Source of the DNA: Sphingobacteriaceae bacterium
GTDB taxonomy: Bacteria; Bacillota; Sulfobacillia; Thermaerobacterales; RSA17
NCBI GenBank assembly: GCA_035303785.1
Contig: DATGRI010000022.1
Location: 6,913 to 70,912, forward strand
Reading direction: 5' to 3'
DNA: 64,000 bases
Positions 47,724-56,433 of this stretch are shown piece by piece (positions within the stretch are counted from its first letter, which is position 1; each line of letters opens with the position of its first letter). The notes below the pieces were generated by a model. The model was given only the letters and a program-made list of their open reading frames with translations. It did not search any database and was not told the origin of the DNA. A program made the position numbers and the translations under genes.

Positions 47724-48359
47724 TTATGGCCGCCATGCCGAAATCAGTCGGAGAAGGACCGGCGCCAAGTAGCCTTCCATGAAGCTGGCCAGGGTCACCG
47801 CCAGCAGGGACAGGACGGTGATCAGGGCCAGGCGTCGCCCCGCCCCCATGATGGCGGCGGCATCCCGCCGGCCGTGGCGGGCCACCGCCAGGGCGAAGGC
47901 CACGGCCGCCCCCGCCGTGAGCACCACCGCGGGGACGGCCAGCAGATTTTGGGGCAGGACGGCCAGGAGGCTGATGAGGAGCCCGGTCCAACTGAAGTGG
48001 GACACCAGGAAACCCACGGCGAAGCCCAGGATGAAGCCCCGCAGGAAGACCACCACGGGCACGGCCCAGGCCGCCACCACCGTCAGGCCCAGGGCCAGCA
48101 TGATGCCCATGGTGCGCAGGTAGACGGCCAAGGCGGCCCGGAAAATCTCCGGCGCCGGGGGCGCCGGCTGCTCTCCTTCAAAGGCGGCCAGGAAATGCTC
48201 CAAGTACTGGACCAGTTCCCCCCGCTGGTCGGCGTCCAGGGCGCCGGTGGCCAGGGCGCCGAAGGCGGCGCCGGCGGCGAAGAGGACGATCAGGAAGACG
48301 TACAGGCCCGGGTGGCCGGCCACCTGCCGCCAAAGGATGGTCTGTGTCTGCTCCAGCAA
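47724..48359 (-). CDS. spoIIM: Stage II sporulation protein M
   Basis: FLRGFILGFAVG, LPQNLL, EGYLAP; downstream of the yqxK homolog. Confidence 0.92.
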   Translation of the reverse strand: MLEQTQTILWRQVAGHPGLYVFLIVLFAAGAAFGALATGALDADQRGELVQYLEHFLAAFEGEQPAPPAPEIFRAALAVYLRTMGIMLALGLTVVAAWAVPVVVFLRGFILGFAVGFLVSHFSWTGLLISLLAVLPQNLLAVPAVVLTAGAAVAFALAVARHGRRDAAAIMGAGRRLALITVLSLLAVTLASFMEGYLAPVLLRLISAWRP

Positions 48360-48389
48360 GGAAGGCGCTCCTCCACAAAGGTTTGTTCC

Positions 48390-48419
48390 AACCTATGCGG
48401 GGGGCTCCGGGGGCATGTC
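48390..48419 (-). promoter_or_regulatory. Candidate sigmaE promoter for spoIIM
   Basis: Minus strand GACATGC-N15-CATAGGTT. Confidence 0.45.
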
Positions 48420-49685
48420 TTTCCCTATCCGGCCGTAGCGCCCGCCCCCGCCGGCCGCCGCCGGCAGCAGGCCGCCCCGGGCCGCCACGATGCGCCGGGC
48501 CGTATCTTCCCCCACCACCGCCGCCAGTTGATCCTCGGTGGCCCGGTGGAGCACCTGCATCTCGGTGCCGAAGGCCCGGAGCAGTTTCTCCCGGCCCCGG
48601 GGGCCCAGGCCGGGCACGAAGGCCAGGGGCACCTGGTGGATGTAGGGAGGATCGTGGACTGCATCGTCGACCTGCTCCGGCGGCAGGCCGTCACCTTCTT
48701 GCTTCGCCAGGAGGGTAATCCGGTCCAGCACCCCCGGCACGAAGTCCCGCCCCGCCCCGCCGCAGCGGGGGCAGGCGGTGACCGGGGGCGGCCCCTCGGC
48801 CGTCAGGTGGCACCGCCGGCAATGGCTCCGGTAGTACTTCCCCAGGCGGGGGTCCAGGCCGTAGTTGGCGGCGATGCGGCGGCCCCGGCGGCCGGCCAGG
48901 GCCAGGACCAGCTCGTCGAAGGTGGGCTCCGCCAGGAGAAAGGCGGTGTACTCCCGGGCGATGCGGTCCAGGGAATGGGCGTCGGAACTGCTGATGAAGG
49001 CCATGCCCGCCAGTTCCGGGATGGCCGTGGCCATGGCCCGGTCGGCGCTGAGGCCCAGCTCCATCGCCGCCGGCGGCCGGGGCAGCACCGCCCGCCACGA
49101 AGGGGCGCAGCGGCCGTACAAACTCTTGAAGGGAGTAAACACATGGGCAGGGATGAACAGCCCGTCCAGGTCCCGGGCCAACTGCTGCAGGTCGGCGGCC
49201 GAAGCCTGGGCCCGCTGGCTGCTCAATTGGGGGTTGGTTACGTGCCCGGCGTACCAGCGGCCCAGTTCCTGCAGGCGAGCCAGGTCGGGAACCAACACCA
49301 GGAAATGGGCCGGCCCCCCTCCCCCGGGCACCTCTTCCACCGTTTCGATTTCCGCCCCGGGGATCAAAGTGACGGGGGCATGGCCCGCCCCGTCATCCCT
49401 TGCGGGCTCCCGCCCGTCGCCTTTATAAACCAGCCCGCCGCCCGCCAGGGGGGTCAGCAGGCCCTCATCCCATAGCCGCTGGATTTCCGCCAGGCCGCCC
49501 GTGGTCTGGGCGTCCACCAGGCCCAGGATGTGAATGCCCTTGCGGCGGCGGCTCTCCTCCAAGGCACCAGCCGCCGTAAGGCCCGCAGCGGCGGAGATTT
49601 TCACGGGCCCGCCCCAGGGGCTGCGGCCCAGATGGACATGGAGGTCGGCGTAATAAACGTGCAGGGGCGGCGGCAAGGTCATCAC
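48393..49685 (-). CDS. Endonuclease Q family PHP-domain protein (YqxK-like)
   Basis: ADLHVHLG, PAHVFTPFKS, LGLSAD, SDAHS, GKYY..HC..C, GGGGRYG. Confidence 0.88.
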   Translation of the reverse strand: MMTLPPPLHVYYADLHVHLGRSPWGGPVKISAAAGLTAAGALEESRRRKGIHILGLVDAQTTGGLAEIQRLWDEGLLTPLAGGGLVYKGDGREPARDDGAGHAPVTLIPGAEIETVEEVPGGGGPAHFLVLVPDLARLQELGRWYAGHVTNPQLSSQRAQASAADLQQLARDLDGLFIPAHVFTPFKSLYGRCAPSWRAVLPRPPAAMELGLSADRAMATAIPELAGMAFISSSDAHSLDRIAREYTAFLLAEPTFDELVLALAGRRGRRIAANYGLDPRLGKYYRSHCRRCHLTAEGPPPVTACPRCGGAGRDFVPGVLDRITLLAKQEGDGLPPEQVDDAVHDPPYIHQVPLAFVPGLGPRGREKLLRAFGTEMQVLHRATEDQLAAVVGEDTARRIVAARGGLLPAAAGGGGRYGRIGKDMPPEPPA

Positions 49686-49750
49686 CTGAACCTATCCTAC
49701 CTCACCGCCGCCCCGGGTCTACGCCGGGTCTATATGCCGGGTTGATCCTG

Positions 49751-50275
49751 TCAGTTCACAATCTCCACGGCCCGTTCCACCCGCACCCCGTTGGCGATGC
49801 TCTCCACCATGGGGGAATGCTCATGGGCCTCGGCGATAAGCTGGTTCAAAACTTCCGGATCGGCGTCGCTTTCGATGCGCACGGTGTAGCGCAGGTTGGC
49901 GAAGCCCGGCCGCACCTGGGGATCCAGGCCCAGGTAGCCCCGCAGGTCCAGGTCGCCTTCGGTGATGACTTCCAATTGCTTAAAGTCGATGCCCCGCCGG
50001 GCCGCCCGGGTGGTCAGGCCGGCCACGAAGCAGGTAGCCACGCCCGCCAGCAGGAGTTCCACCGGATTGGGGCCGGAATCGCCGCCCCCCAGTTCGTCGG
50101 GCTCGTCGGCCTGGAGAACGTAGTCCCGGGCCCTGGTCTCCGTGGCGGCGCCGCCCTTCCAACCCGTCACGGTGCGGAAGGTGACATTGCCGGTGGCCGG
50201 CTCCTCCTCCACCTTCCGTACGAACTCGTTGAAGTTGCCGATGTTGATGCTGAAGCAGCTGCGGGCCATTGGCAC
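49751..50275 (-). CDS. OsmC-like family protein
   Basis: ADEPDELGGGDSGPNPVELLLAGVATC, GDLDLRGYLG. Confidence 0.85.
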   Translation of the reverse strand: MPMARSCFSINIGNFNEFVRKVEEEPATGNVTFRTVTGWKGGAATETRARDYVLQADEPDELGGGDSGPNPVELLLAGVATCFVAGLTTRAARRGIDFKQLEVITEGDLDLRGYLGLDPQVRPGFANLRYTVRIESDADPEVLNQLIAEAHEHSPMVESIANGVRVERAVEIVN

Positions 50276-50379
50276 CCACCCTTTCCCAATTAAGTTGATG
50301 GGTTTACTATGCTATAGTTCGGACCCCCATGTCAATGACTAATTTTCCGTCGCAAAACTGCATATGCATGCCGGGGGGT

Positions 50380-51192
50380 ATGGCCGTGGGGCGGTTTTTC
50401 GTCGTAAAGCGCCGGCGGGCATGGGGGCTGGTCCTGGTGGCCGTGATGGTGCCCTTGCTGGTGGCGGGCTACTGGGCCTGGCCCGTCGTCGAAGCCCGCA
50501 TGGAGCGGGTGATCCGGGCCATTGCTGCGGGGACGGCTTCCCGCCGGCTGCCCATCTACAGCGTCTGGACCGAGGAAAAAATAGCGGCCATCTCCTTCGA
50601 CGCCGCCTGGGGCGCCGACAAGACCCGCACCATCCTGGACATCCTGGACGAGTACGGCATCAAGACCACCTTCTTTCTGGTCACCTTCTGGGTGGAGAAA
50701 TACCCCGACGAAGCCCGGGAGATGGTGGCCCGGGGCCACGAGATCGGCCTCCACTCCTCCACCCATCCCGACTTCACCGCCCTGACCAATGCCGCCATCC
50801 GGGAGGAGTTGACGGAAAACCACCGGGTCATCAAGGAGATTACCGGGGTGGAGCCCCGGCTCTTCCGTCCCCCCTTCGGGGCCTACAATGACCGGGTCCT
50901 GTCGGTGGTGGAGGATGAACTGGGGTACCTCACCATCCAGTGGAGCGTGGATTCCCTGGATTGGCGGGACGTGACCCCCGATGACATCACCCGGCGCATC
51001 CTGTCCCGCATCCATCCCGGCGCCATCGTCCTGTTTCACAACAATGCCGAGAGTACCCCCGCCGCCCTCCCCCGCATCCTGTCGGCCCTCCAGGCCGGGG
51101 GCTGGCGCATCGTGCCCATATCCCAATTGCTGCACCCGGGCCCCTACACCATCGACCACGAAGGGCGCCAAATCCCTAAAACGAAGGAATGA
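50380..51192 (+). CDS. Polysaccharide deacetylase (PdaB-like)
   Basis: SFDAAWG, TFFLV, HEIGLHS.TH, FRPPFG, WSVDSLDW, GAIVLFHN; N-terminal TM; sigmaE-like CATATGCAT at 50361. Confidence 0.9.
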   Translation: MAVGRFFVVKRRRAWGLVLVAVMVPLLVAGYWAWPVVEARMERVIRAIAAGTASRRLPIYSVWTEEKIAAISFDAAWGADKTRTILDILDEYGIKTTFFLVTFWVEKYPDEAREMVARGHEIGLHSSTHPDFTALTNAAIREELTENHRVIKEITGVEPRLFRPPFGAYNDRVLSVVEDELGYLTIQWSVDSLDWRDVTPDDITRRILSRIHPGAIVLFHNNAESTPAALPRILSALQAGGWRIVPISQLLHPGPYTIDHEGRQIPKTKE

Positions 51193-51215
51193 ACATCATA
51201 TATTGATATGGTTGT

Positions 51216-51245
51216 TTGACCTGCATGGGGGAAAAATGTTAGGAT
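51216..51245 (+). promoter_or_regulatory. sigmaA promoter upstream of the asparagine-synthetase homolog
   Basis: TTGACC-N18-TAGGAT with TG extension. Confidence 0.6.
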
Positions 51246-51260
51246 AATTCAACAAATTCC

Positions 51261-51366
51261 AACCTGCCGTTGATTCTTTCAATTAGGGAAGCAGACACGT
51301 CCCCGCATCGGGGCGCGACGGCTTCCTTTTGTTTTTGGCAGGAACTCTTTACCTCCGAAGGGAGTT
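51261..51366 (+). promoter_or_regulatory. Structured 5' leader with terminator-like hairpin and RBS-sequestering hairpin (candidate attenuator)
   Basis: GGAAGC(51287)/GCTTCC(51321) stem enclosing CCCCG/CGGGG, followed by TTTTGTTTTT; CCTGCC/GGCAGG outer stem; AACTC/GAGTT hairpin over the GGGAG RBS. Confidence 0.5.
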
Positions 51367-51375
51367 GGTTGCATC

Positions 51376-52911
51376 ATGGCCGGCATTGCCGGCTGTATCG
51401 GCCACGGGCCGGCAGAAGTCCACGAGATGCTTTCGGCCTTGGCCAACCGGGGCTCAGGCAGCGCTACAGTAACCGTCCATCAAGGAATCACCCTGGGGTG
51501 CATCGGCACCCCCGACACAGCCATGTCCGCGTGGGATGAATACCGGGGTGTCATCGACGGGGAGTTCTATCCCCCCGAGGAGCCCCAGGCAACCGTGGAA
51601 ACGCCCGGTGCGGCCCCGACGCCGGGTTCCGCCGACGTCGCCCCCGGGGAAGGAGATGTACCCGGCGGCTACGATTGGCTCCACAGGTACGCCCTGCAGG
51701 GACCGGCCGTGCTGGAGAAGGTGCAAGGGGTCTTCGCCCTGGCCGCGGTAGGCCCCGACGGCTTGTGGCTGGCCCGGGATCCCTTGGGCGTCAAGCCCCT
51801 CTACTACGGCTTCGACGATCAGGGAAGGCTTTGGTTCGCTTCCCAGATCAAGCCCCTCCTGGGCCGGGTCGCCCGGCCCCGGGAATTCCCGCCCGGGCAT
51901 TATTACGGCAGCAAGGCAGGCTTCCGGCAGTATTACGATCTGCCGGCGCCCACGGGCAACCTGCAGGATCTGGACCAGGCCAAGGGCACCTTGCGCCGCA
52001 GGCTGCAGCGGGCCATCCGGCGCCGGCTCCAAGGCCCCGAAGAGGTAGGGGTGATGCTCAGCGGCGGCCTGGACTCCAGCCTGTGCGCCGCCATGGCTAT
52101 GGAAGCCCGGGAAGGCGAGCCACTGCCCAGCTTCGCCATGGGCATGACGGGCAGCGACGACCTGGTGCAGGCCCAGGCCGTGGCCCGGGATCTGGGCACC
52201 CGCCACTTCCAGCGGGAGGTCCAGCCCCAGGAGATCATCGCCGTCCTGCCCACCATCATCGAAGACCTGGAATCCTTCGACGCCGCCGTGGTGCGGGGTG
52301 CCGTGGCCAACCATTTCGCGGCCCAGCTGGCCCGGGAGCACGTGGATGCCGTCATCACCGGCGAGGGGGCCGACGAGCTGTTCGCCGGCTACCATTACTT
52401 GAAGCACCCCCGCATCAGGGAGCGGCTGGAAAAGGAACTGCAGCGCATCGTCCGGGGCGGCAGCCGGACCACCCTCCAGCGGCTGGACCGGATGAGCAGC
52501 CGCCACCAGTTGATGGCCCGCCTCCCCTTTTTGGACTTGGATGTGGTAAATTTCGCATGGCGGGTGCCTTCCCGGTGGAAGCTCAACCCCCGGGAAGAAA
52601 TCGAGAAATGGATTCTAAGGCATGTGGCCGAAGCATATTTGTCGCCCGACATCGTGTGGCGCACCAAGGCCAAGTTCGCCCTGGGCACCGGGGTGGGCCC
52701 CTTCCTGGCCGCCTACGCCGCCGACGTCATTTCACCCGCCGAATACCAGCGGGAGCGGGAGCCCCTGCCGGGACTGATCCTGCGCGACCGGGAAGAACTG
52801 CTCTATTTCCGCATCTTCCGGGACATTTTCGGCAGCCGCGTCAAGGACATCGTGCCCGTCATGGGCCGCAGCCCCAGCCTCAATGACGAGGTGGCGGGCA
52901 CGCCGGTCTGA
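51376..52911 (+). CDS. Asparagine synthetase B homolog with non-functional glutaminase (Ntn) domain
   Basis: Synthetase motifs intact (LSGGLDSS, TGEGADELFAGY, LDR, PFLD, KWILR); N-terminus MAGIAG lacks Cys1. Confidence 0.88.
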   Translation: MAGIAGCIGHGPAEVHEMLSALANRGSGSATVTVHQGITLGCIGTPDTAMSAWDEYRGVIDGEFYPPEEPQATVETPGAAPTPGSADVAPGEGDVPGGYDWLHRYALQGPAVLEKVQGVFALAAVGPDGLWLARDPLGVKPLYYGFDDQGRLWFASQIKPLLGRVARPREFPPGHYYGSKAGFRQYYDLPAPTGNLQDLDQAKGTLRRRLQRAIRRRLQGPEEVGVMLSGGLDSSLCAAMAMEAREGEPLPSFAMGMTGSDDLVQAQAVARDLGTRHFQREVQPQEIIAVLPTIIEDLESFDAAVVRGAVANHFAAQLAREHVDAVITGEGADELFAGYHYLKHPRIRERLEKELQRIVRGGSRTTLQRLDRMSSRHQLMARLPFLDLDVVNFAWRVPSRWKLNPREEIEKWILRHVAEAYLSPDIVWRTKAKFALGTGVGPFLAAYAADVISPAEYQREREPLPGLILRDREELLYFRIFRDIFGSRVKDIVPVMGRSPSLNDEVAGTPV

Positions 52912-52946
52912 ACAGGGCCGCTCCCCCGTTTGAGGAGAAGTGATGG

Positions 52947-53684
52947 ATGCGCTGTGACGTAGTCGCCCGCTGGCAGGACGCCGACGAGTCCCTGCTGGCG
53001 GGCCGCCGGGTTGTGGTCATCGATGTGCTGCGGGCCACCTCCACCATCGCCACCGCCTTGGCCGCCGGTGCCGCTGCCGTGTGGCCCGTGGCCGAAGTGG
53101 AAGAGGCCTTCGCCCTGGCCGACCGGCTGCGCCGGGAAGGCCACCAGGTGCTCCTGGCCGGGGAGCGGAAAAACATCAAGGTCGAGGGATTCGACCTGGG
53201 CAACTCGCCCCTGGCCCTCACCCCCCAGTTGCTCAAGGAAGCCCAATTGGTGCTCACCACCACCAACGGGACGCCGGGGCTGGCCAAGGCCAAGGCCTTC
53301 GGGGCCGCCGCCGTTTACGCCGGCGCCCTCATCAACGGGCCCGCGGTGACCGCCGCCCTGGCGGCCCAGCCCGACGGGCCCGACATCACCTTGGTTTGCG
53401 CCGGCACCAAAGGGTATCTGGCTCTGGAAGACTTCTTCTGCGCGGGACTCATAGTGGATGGGCTCACGGCCCGGTGGCCCGATATGGCCGTCAACGACAC
53501 GGCCCGGGCGGCCCGCCTGGCCTTCGCCGCCGCCATGGGCTGCTGGCCCGAGCCCCTGGTCAACTGCAGCCACGCCCAAAGCCTGGCCCGGGCCGGCTTC
53601 CGCGACGACATCGGCTACTGCGCCCGCATCGGCACCAACCAGGTTGTTCCCGTCATGATGGGCGACCGGCTGGTTCCCGCTTAA
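52947..53684 (+). CDS. comB: 2-phosphosulfolactate phosphatase family protein
   Basis: VIDVLRATST, LAGER, GFDLGNSP, TTTNGT, ED..CAG. Confidence 0.9.
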   Translation: MRCDVVARWQDADESLLAGRRVVVIDVLRATSTIATALAAGAAAVWPVAEVEEAFALADRLRREGHQVLLAGERKNIKVEGFDLGNSPLALTPQLLKEAQLVLTTTNGTPGLAKAKAFGAAAVYAGALINGPAVTAALAAQPDGPDITLVCAGTKGYLALEDFFCAGLIVDGLTARWPDMAVNDTARAARLAFAAAMGCWPEPLVNCSHAQSLARAGFRDDIGYCARIGTNQVVPVMMGDRLVPA

Positions 53685-54766
53685 GGCTCCACCGTCAAGG
53701 CAGGATCGTCCACGCTGTCGGCGTCGGCCGGCAGGGGCAGCAGTTGGTCCAGGAAGGCCTGGTCCAGCCCCCGCTGGGCCAGCAGGTGGCGCACGATCTT
53801 GATGCCGTGGAAGCGGCCGTTTTCGATGAAGATCTGGTTGGCGTCATAGCCCGCCGCCAGGACCCCCGCCACGTACAGGCCCGGCACGTTGGTCTCCATG
53901 GTGTTCCCGTTCCAGCGGGGGCGGCCCGTGGCCGGGTCGATCTCCACGCCCAGCCGCTGCAGCAGGCTGTGGTCGGGCCGGTAGCCCGTCAGCAGGAAGA
54001 CGAAGTCGGCCGGCAGGCGCTCCCGGCCCTGGGGCCCTTCCACCGTCAACCCTTCTTCGTCGATGGCCGTGACCCGGCTGCCGAAGCGGCTGTCGATCTC
54101 CTGCTTGCTCAGCCGGGTGCGGATGAAGGGCAGGATCCACGGTTTGACCCGGTCGCTCAAGTCCTCGCCCCGGTGCACCAAGGTGACCCGGGCGCCGGCC
54201 CGGTGCAGTTCCAGGGCCGCCTCCACCGCGGAGTTACGCCCCCCCACCACCACGACCCGCCGGCCGTAGTAAGGATGGGCGTCGTCGAAATAGTGGGATA
54301 CGTGGGGCAGGTCTTCCCCCGGCACCTGGAGGCGGTTGGGGTTGTCGAAGTAGCCGGTGGCGATGACCAGGGCGTTGGTGCGGCAGCGCCGCTCCCCCCT
54401 GCCGGTCCGGCTGTCCACCGTATCCACCACGAAGCCGTCCCCACCGGCCCTTTCCACCCGGGTCACTTCCCGGTAGGTCAACACCTTCAGGGCCAGGGCG
54501 TCGGTCACCTGGCGGTAGTAGGCCAGAGCTTCCTGCCGGGTGGGGTTGGGCTTCGGGGTGATGAAGGGGATGTCCCCGATGGCCAGGCGCTCGGAAGTGC
54601 TGAAGAAGGTCATGTTCACGGGGAACCGGGCGATGGAGTTGGCGATGCAGCCCCGCTCCACCACCACGTAGTTCAGGCCCGCCTTCTGGGCGGCCGCGGC
54701 GCAGGCCAGCCCGCACGGGCCGCCGCCTACGATGAGCAAGTCCAAATTGTCCTGCATACCCATCAC
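53681..54766 (-). CDS. ypdA: YpdA family putative bacillithiol disulfide reductase
   Basis: GGGPCGLA, ERGCIANSI, MTFFSTSERLAIG, ATGYFDNP, HYFDDAHPY, FIENGRFH. Confidence 0.92.
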   Translation of the reverse strand: MMGMQDNLDLLIVGGGPCGLACAAAAQKAGLNYVVVERGCIANSIARFPVNMTFFSTSERLAIGDIPFITPKPNPTRQEALAYYRQVTDALALKVLTYREVTRVERAGGDGFVVDTVDSRTGRGERRCRTNALVIATGYFDNPNRLQVPGEDLPHVSHYFDDAHPYYGRRVVVVGGRNSAVEAALELHRAGARVTLVHRGEDLSDRVKPWILPFIRTRLSKQEIDSRFGSRVTAIDEEGLTVEGPQGRERLPADFVFLLTGYRPDHSLLQRLGVEIDPATGRPRWNGNTMETNVPGLYVAGVLAAGYDANQIFIENGRFHGIKIVRHLLAQRGLDQAFLDQLLPLPADADSVDDPALTVEP

Positions 54767-54865
54767 CCACCCTTGGGCCTTGTATCCCCCATCCTACAGC
54801 AAAGGCCCGGCGGCGGCGCCCCGGGCCTCAAGGGAAAGTGGTACGGCGCGTTGCCGTCCATTAAT

Positions 54866-55951
54866 TTACGTCATGGGCACCTGCCGGACAATGCGGCCTT
54901 CCAGCCGGTCGAAGATGTCGTCCAGGCTGCGGCCCGTCACCGTCAGGCCGTGGTTCCGCAGGCCGATGACCGCCTGGCTGGGGTCGGGCGCCTGGCGCAC
55001 CAATTCCGCCACCGCCTCCGCCAGTTGGCGGGTGCCGCACGGGTAGTTGACCTCGGTGGAGGGGATGCCCTCCATCCAGGCGTGGACGTGGACGATGGCC
55101 CCCACTTCCGGGTGCTCCTTGTAGATCATCCAGTGCTCGATGGCGTCCACCGAAACCCGCCGGGGCTTCACGTGGGGCGGCACGCTGAGGATCATAGCCT
55201 TGTTCTCAGGATCGTAGCCCGTCACCAGCAGGATGTCCCGCCCGATCTCCTCCAGCTTGGCCTTGTTGACGCCGCTGGCGCTCATCCAGAAGGTGTCGGT
55301 GTCCCTACGGGCGCTCAAGTTGCCGTAGCTCAGGCCGCCCAGGCCGTAAAGCCGCTGGACGTGGCGGAAATCCTCGGGCGGCAGGATTTCCTCGATGGGG
55401 AAGGGCGCCGGCAGCAAGTCCAAGGCGTCCAGCCGCTGTCCGGCCAGGGTAAGCTGCCGGGTGATCTCATCCCCTTCCCACAATTCCTCCGGCAGGTCGG
55501 GGACGAACACGTTATTGACCACCAGTTCCGAGGTGGCCAGGGGCGCCAGCCTCTTGATCAAAGTCCGGAAGAAGGCGTCCTTGTCCTCGGGCCGGTATTC
55601 CACCGGGTAGGCCCCCTGCTCCAGGGTGATGAAGTGGAACCGGGGATCGCCGCTGCTGCCCGAAACGTACAGGAGCAGATTGGACAAGGACCGCACCAGC
55701 AGCGGGTAGCCTGCCCGCAGCACATCCTCGGGAACCTGGGGCACGGCCACCACCCCCACTACAAAGGTGGCCTGCCCCCGCCGGCGATAAGGCCGGGGAT
55801 CCTCAGGGTCAAAAAAATTGAAAACCAGACGAATGTCGGGTACGGGTTCGGGCACGTGCTCGTAGCCCTGGGCAGTCAGGTGCTCCCGCAGCCCGTCCGC
55901 CAGCCACGCCAGGGCAGGCTGCCGGTCCACACCGACAAAAGTGAATTGCAT
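54866..55951 (-). CDS. Class II aldolase/adducin family protein with an additional N-terminal domain
   Basis: GNLSAR, SASGVNK, EHWMIY, HVH, NHG Zn ligands in the C-terminal half. Confidence 0.85.
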   Translation of the reverse strand: MQFTFVGVDRQPALAWLADGLREHLTAQGYEHVPEPVPDIRLVFNFFDPEDPRPYRRRGQATFVVGVVAVPQVPEDVLRAGYPLLVRSLSNLLLYVSGSSGDPRFHFITLEQGAYPVEYRPEDKDAFFRTLIKRLAPLATSELVVNNVFVPDLPEELWEGDEITRQLTLAGQRLDALDLLPAPFPIEEILPPEDFRHVQRLYGLGGLSYGNLSARRDTDTFWMSASGVNKAKLEEIGRDILLVTGYDPENKAMILSVPPHVKPRRVSVDAIEHWMIYKEHPEVGAIVHVHAWMEGIPSTEVNYPCGTRQLAEAVAELVRQAPDPSQAVIGLRNHGLTVTGRSLDDIFDRLEGRIVRQVPMT

Positions 55952-56088
55952 AGCCGTATTCCCCTCTTTCAAATCCGTGGTCGGCTCCGGCGTACCATCA
56001 CGTTACATATTAACACCAGTTCCACGCCTTATTGCCATGGAACCACGGCCTACTGACTTCTATGCCCGGGAGCCGCAGGGCAACAACG

Positions 56089-56113
56089 CAAATAGACCCC
56101 CGGCCTGGGGGTC
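56089..56113 (-). terminator. Intrinsic terminator after nifU-like gene
   Basis: GACCCCC/GGGGGTC stem followed by TATTTG on the minus strand. Confidence 0.6.
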
Positions 56114-56177
56114 CGAAAGGCTGCCGGGCGGCGCCCCGTCCGGCGGGCACAGCCCGGCCCTTCGTTTTCCAAGGCGG

Positions 56178-56426
56178 CTACACCGCCATAACACCCTTGA
56201 TGTCGGGCACTTCCCGTCGAATCATGCGTTCGATGCCGGCCTGCAAGGTCAAGGTGGACATGGGGCAGCCGACGCAGGCGCCCAGGAGGCGGAGCTTGAC
56301 CACCCCGTCCTCGTAGTCGACGAACTGGACGTCGCCGCCGTCCGCCTGGATGGCCGGCCGGATTTGCTCGATCACGCGCTCAATGGTGGCGTTCACTTCG
56401 TTGTTGCGTTCTTGGACCTGGTCCAT
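56178..56426 (-). CDS. NifU/Nfu C-terminal-domain Fe-S carrier
   Basis: IRPAIQADGGDV, LLGACVGCPMSTLTLQAGIE (CxxC). Confidence 0.95.
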   Translation of the reverse strand: MDQVQERNNEVNATIERVIEQIRPAIQADGGDVQFVDYEDGVVKLRLLGACVGCPMSTLTLQAGIERMIRREVPDIKGVMAV

Positions 56427-56433
56427 GTCCCGT

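Noticed and set aside
51376-52911. Lasso-peptide cyclase interpretation of the Cys1-less AsnB
   Set aside because: No B1/B2 leader-processing genes or precursor peptide nearby. The synthetase motifs (GEGADELFAGY, KWILR) are AsnB-like and the protein is shorter than typical cyclases.
53081-56056. 991-aa plus-strand ORF, and similar long ORFs (47613-49475, 43577-45136, 24153-25538, 1768-3279, 322-1365)
   Set aside because: Antisense or alternate-frame shadows of well-supported genes, produced by very high GC and few stop codons. They have no recognisable motifs or RBS.
56041-56160. GGGCAA...ACGCAAA...GAAAGG sequence reminiscent of a c-di-GMP-I riboswitch
   Set aside because: Element order and orientation do not fit the GEMM motif. 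The main hairpin is better explained as the minus-strand nifU terminator.
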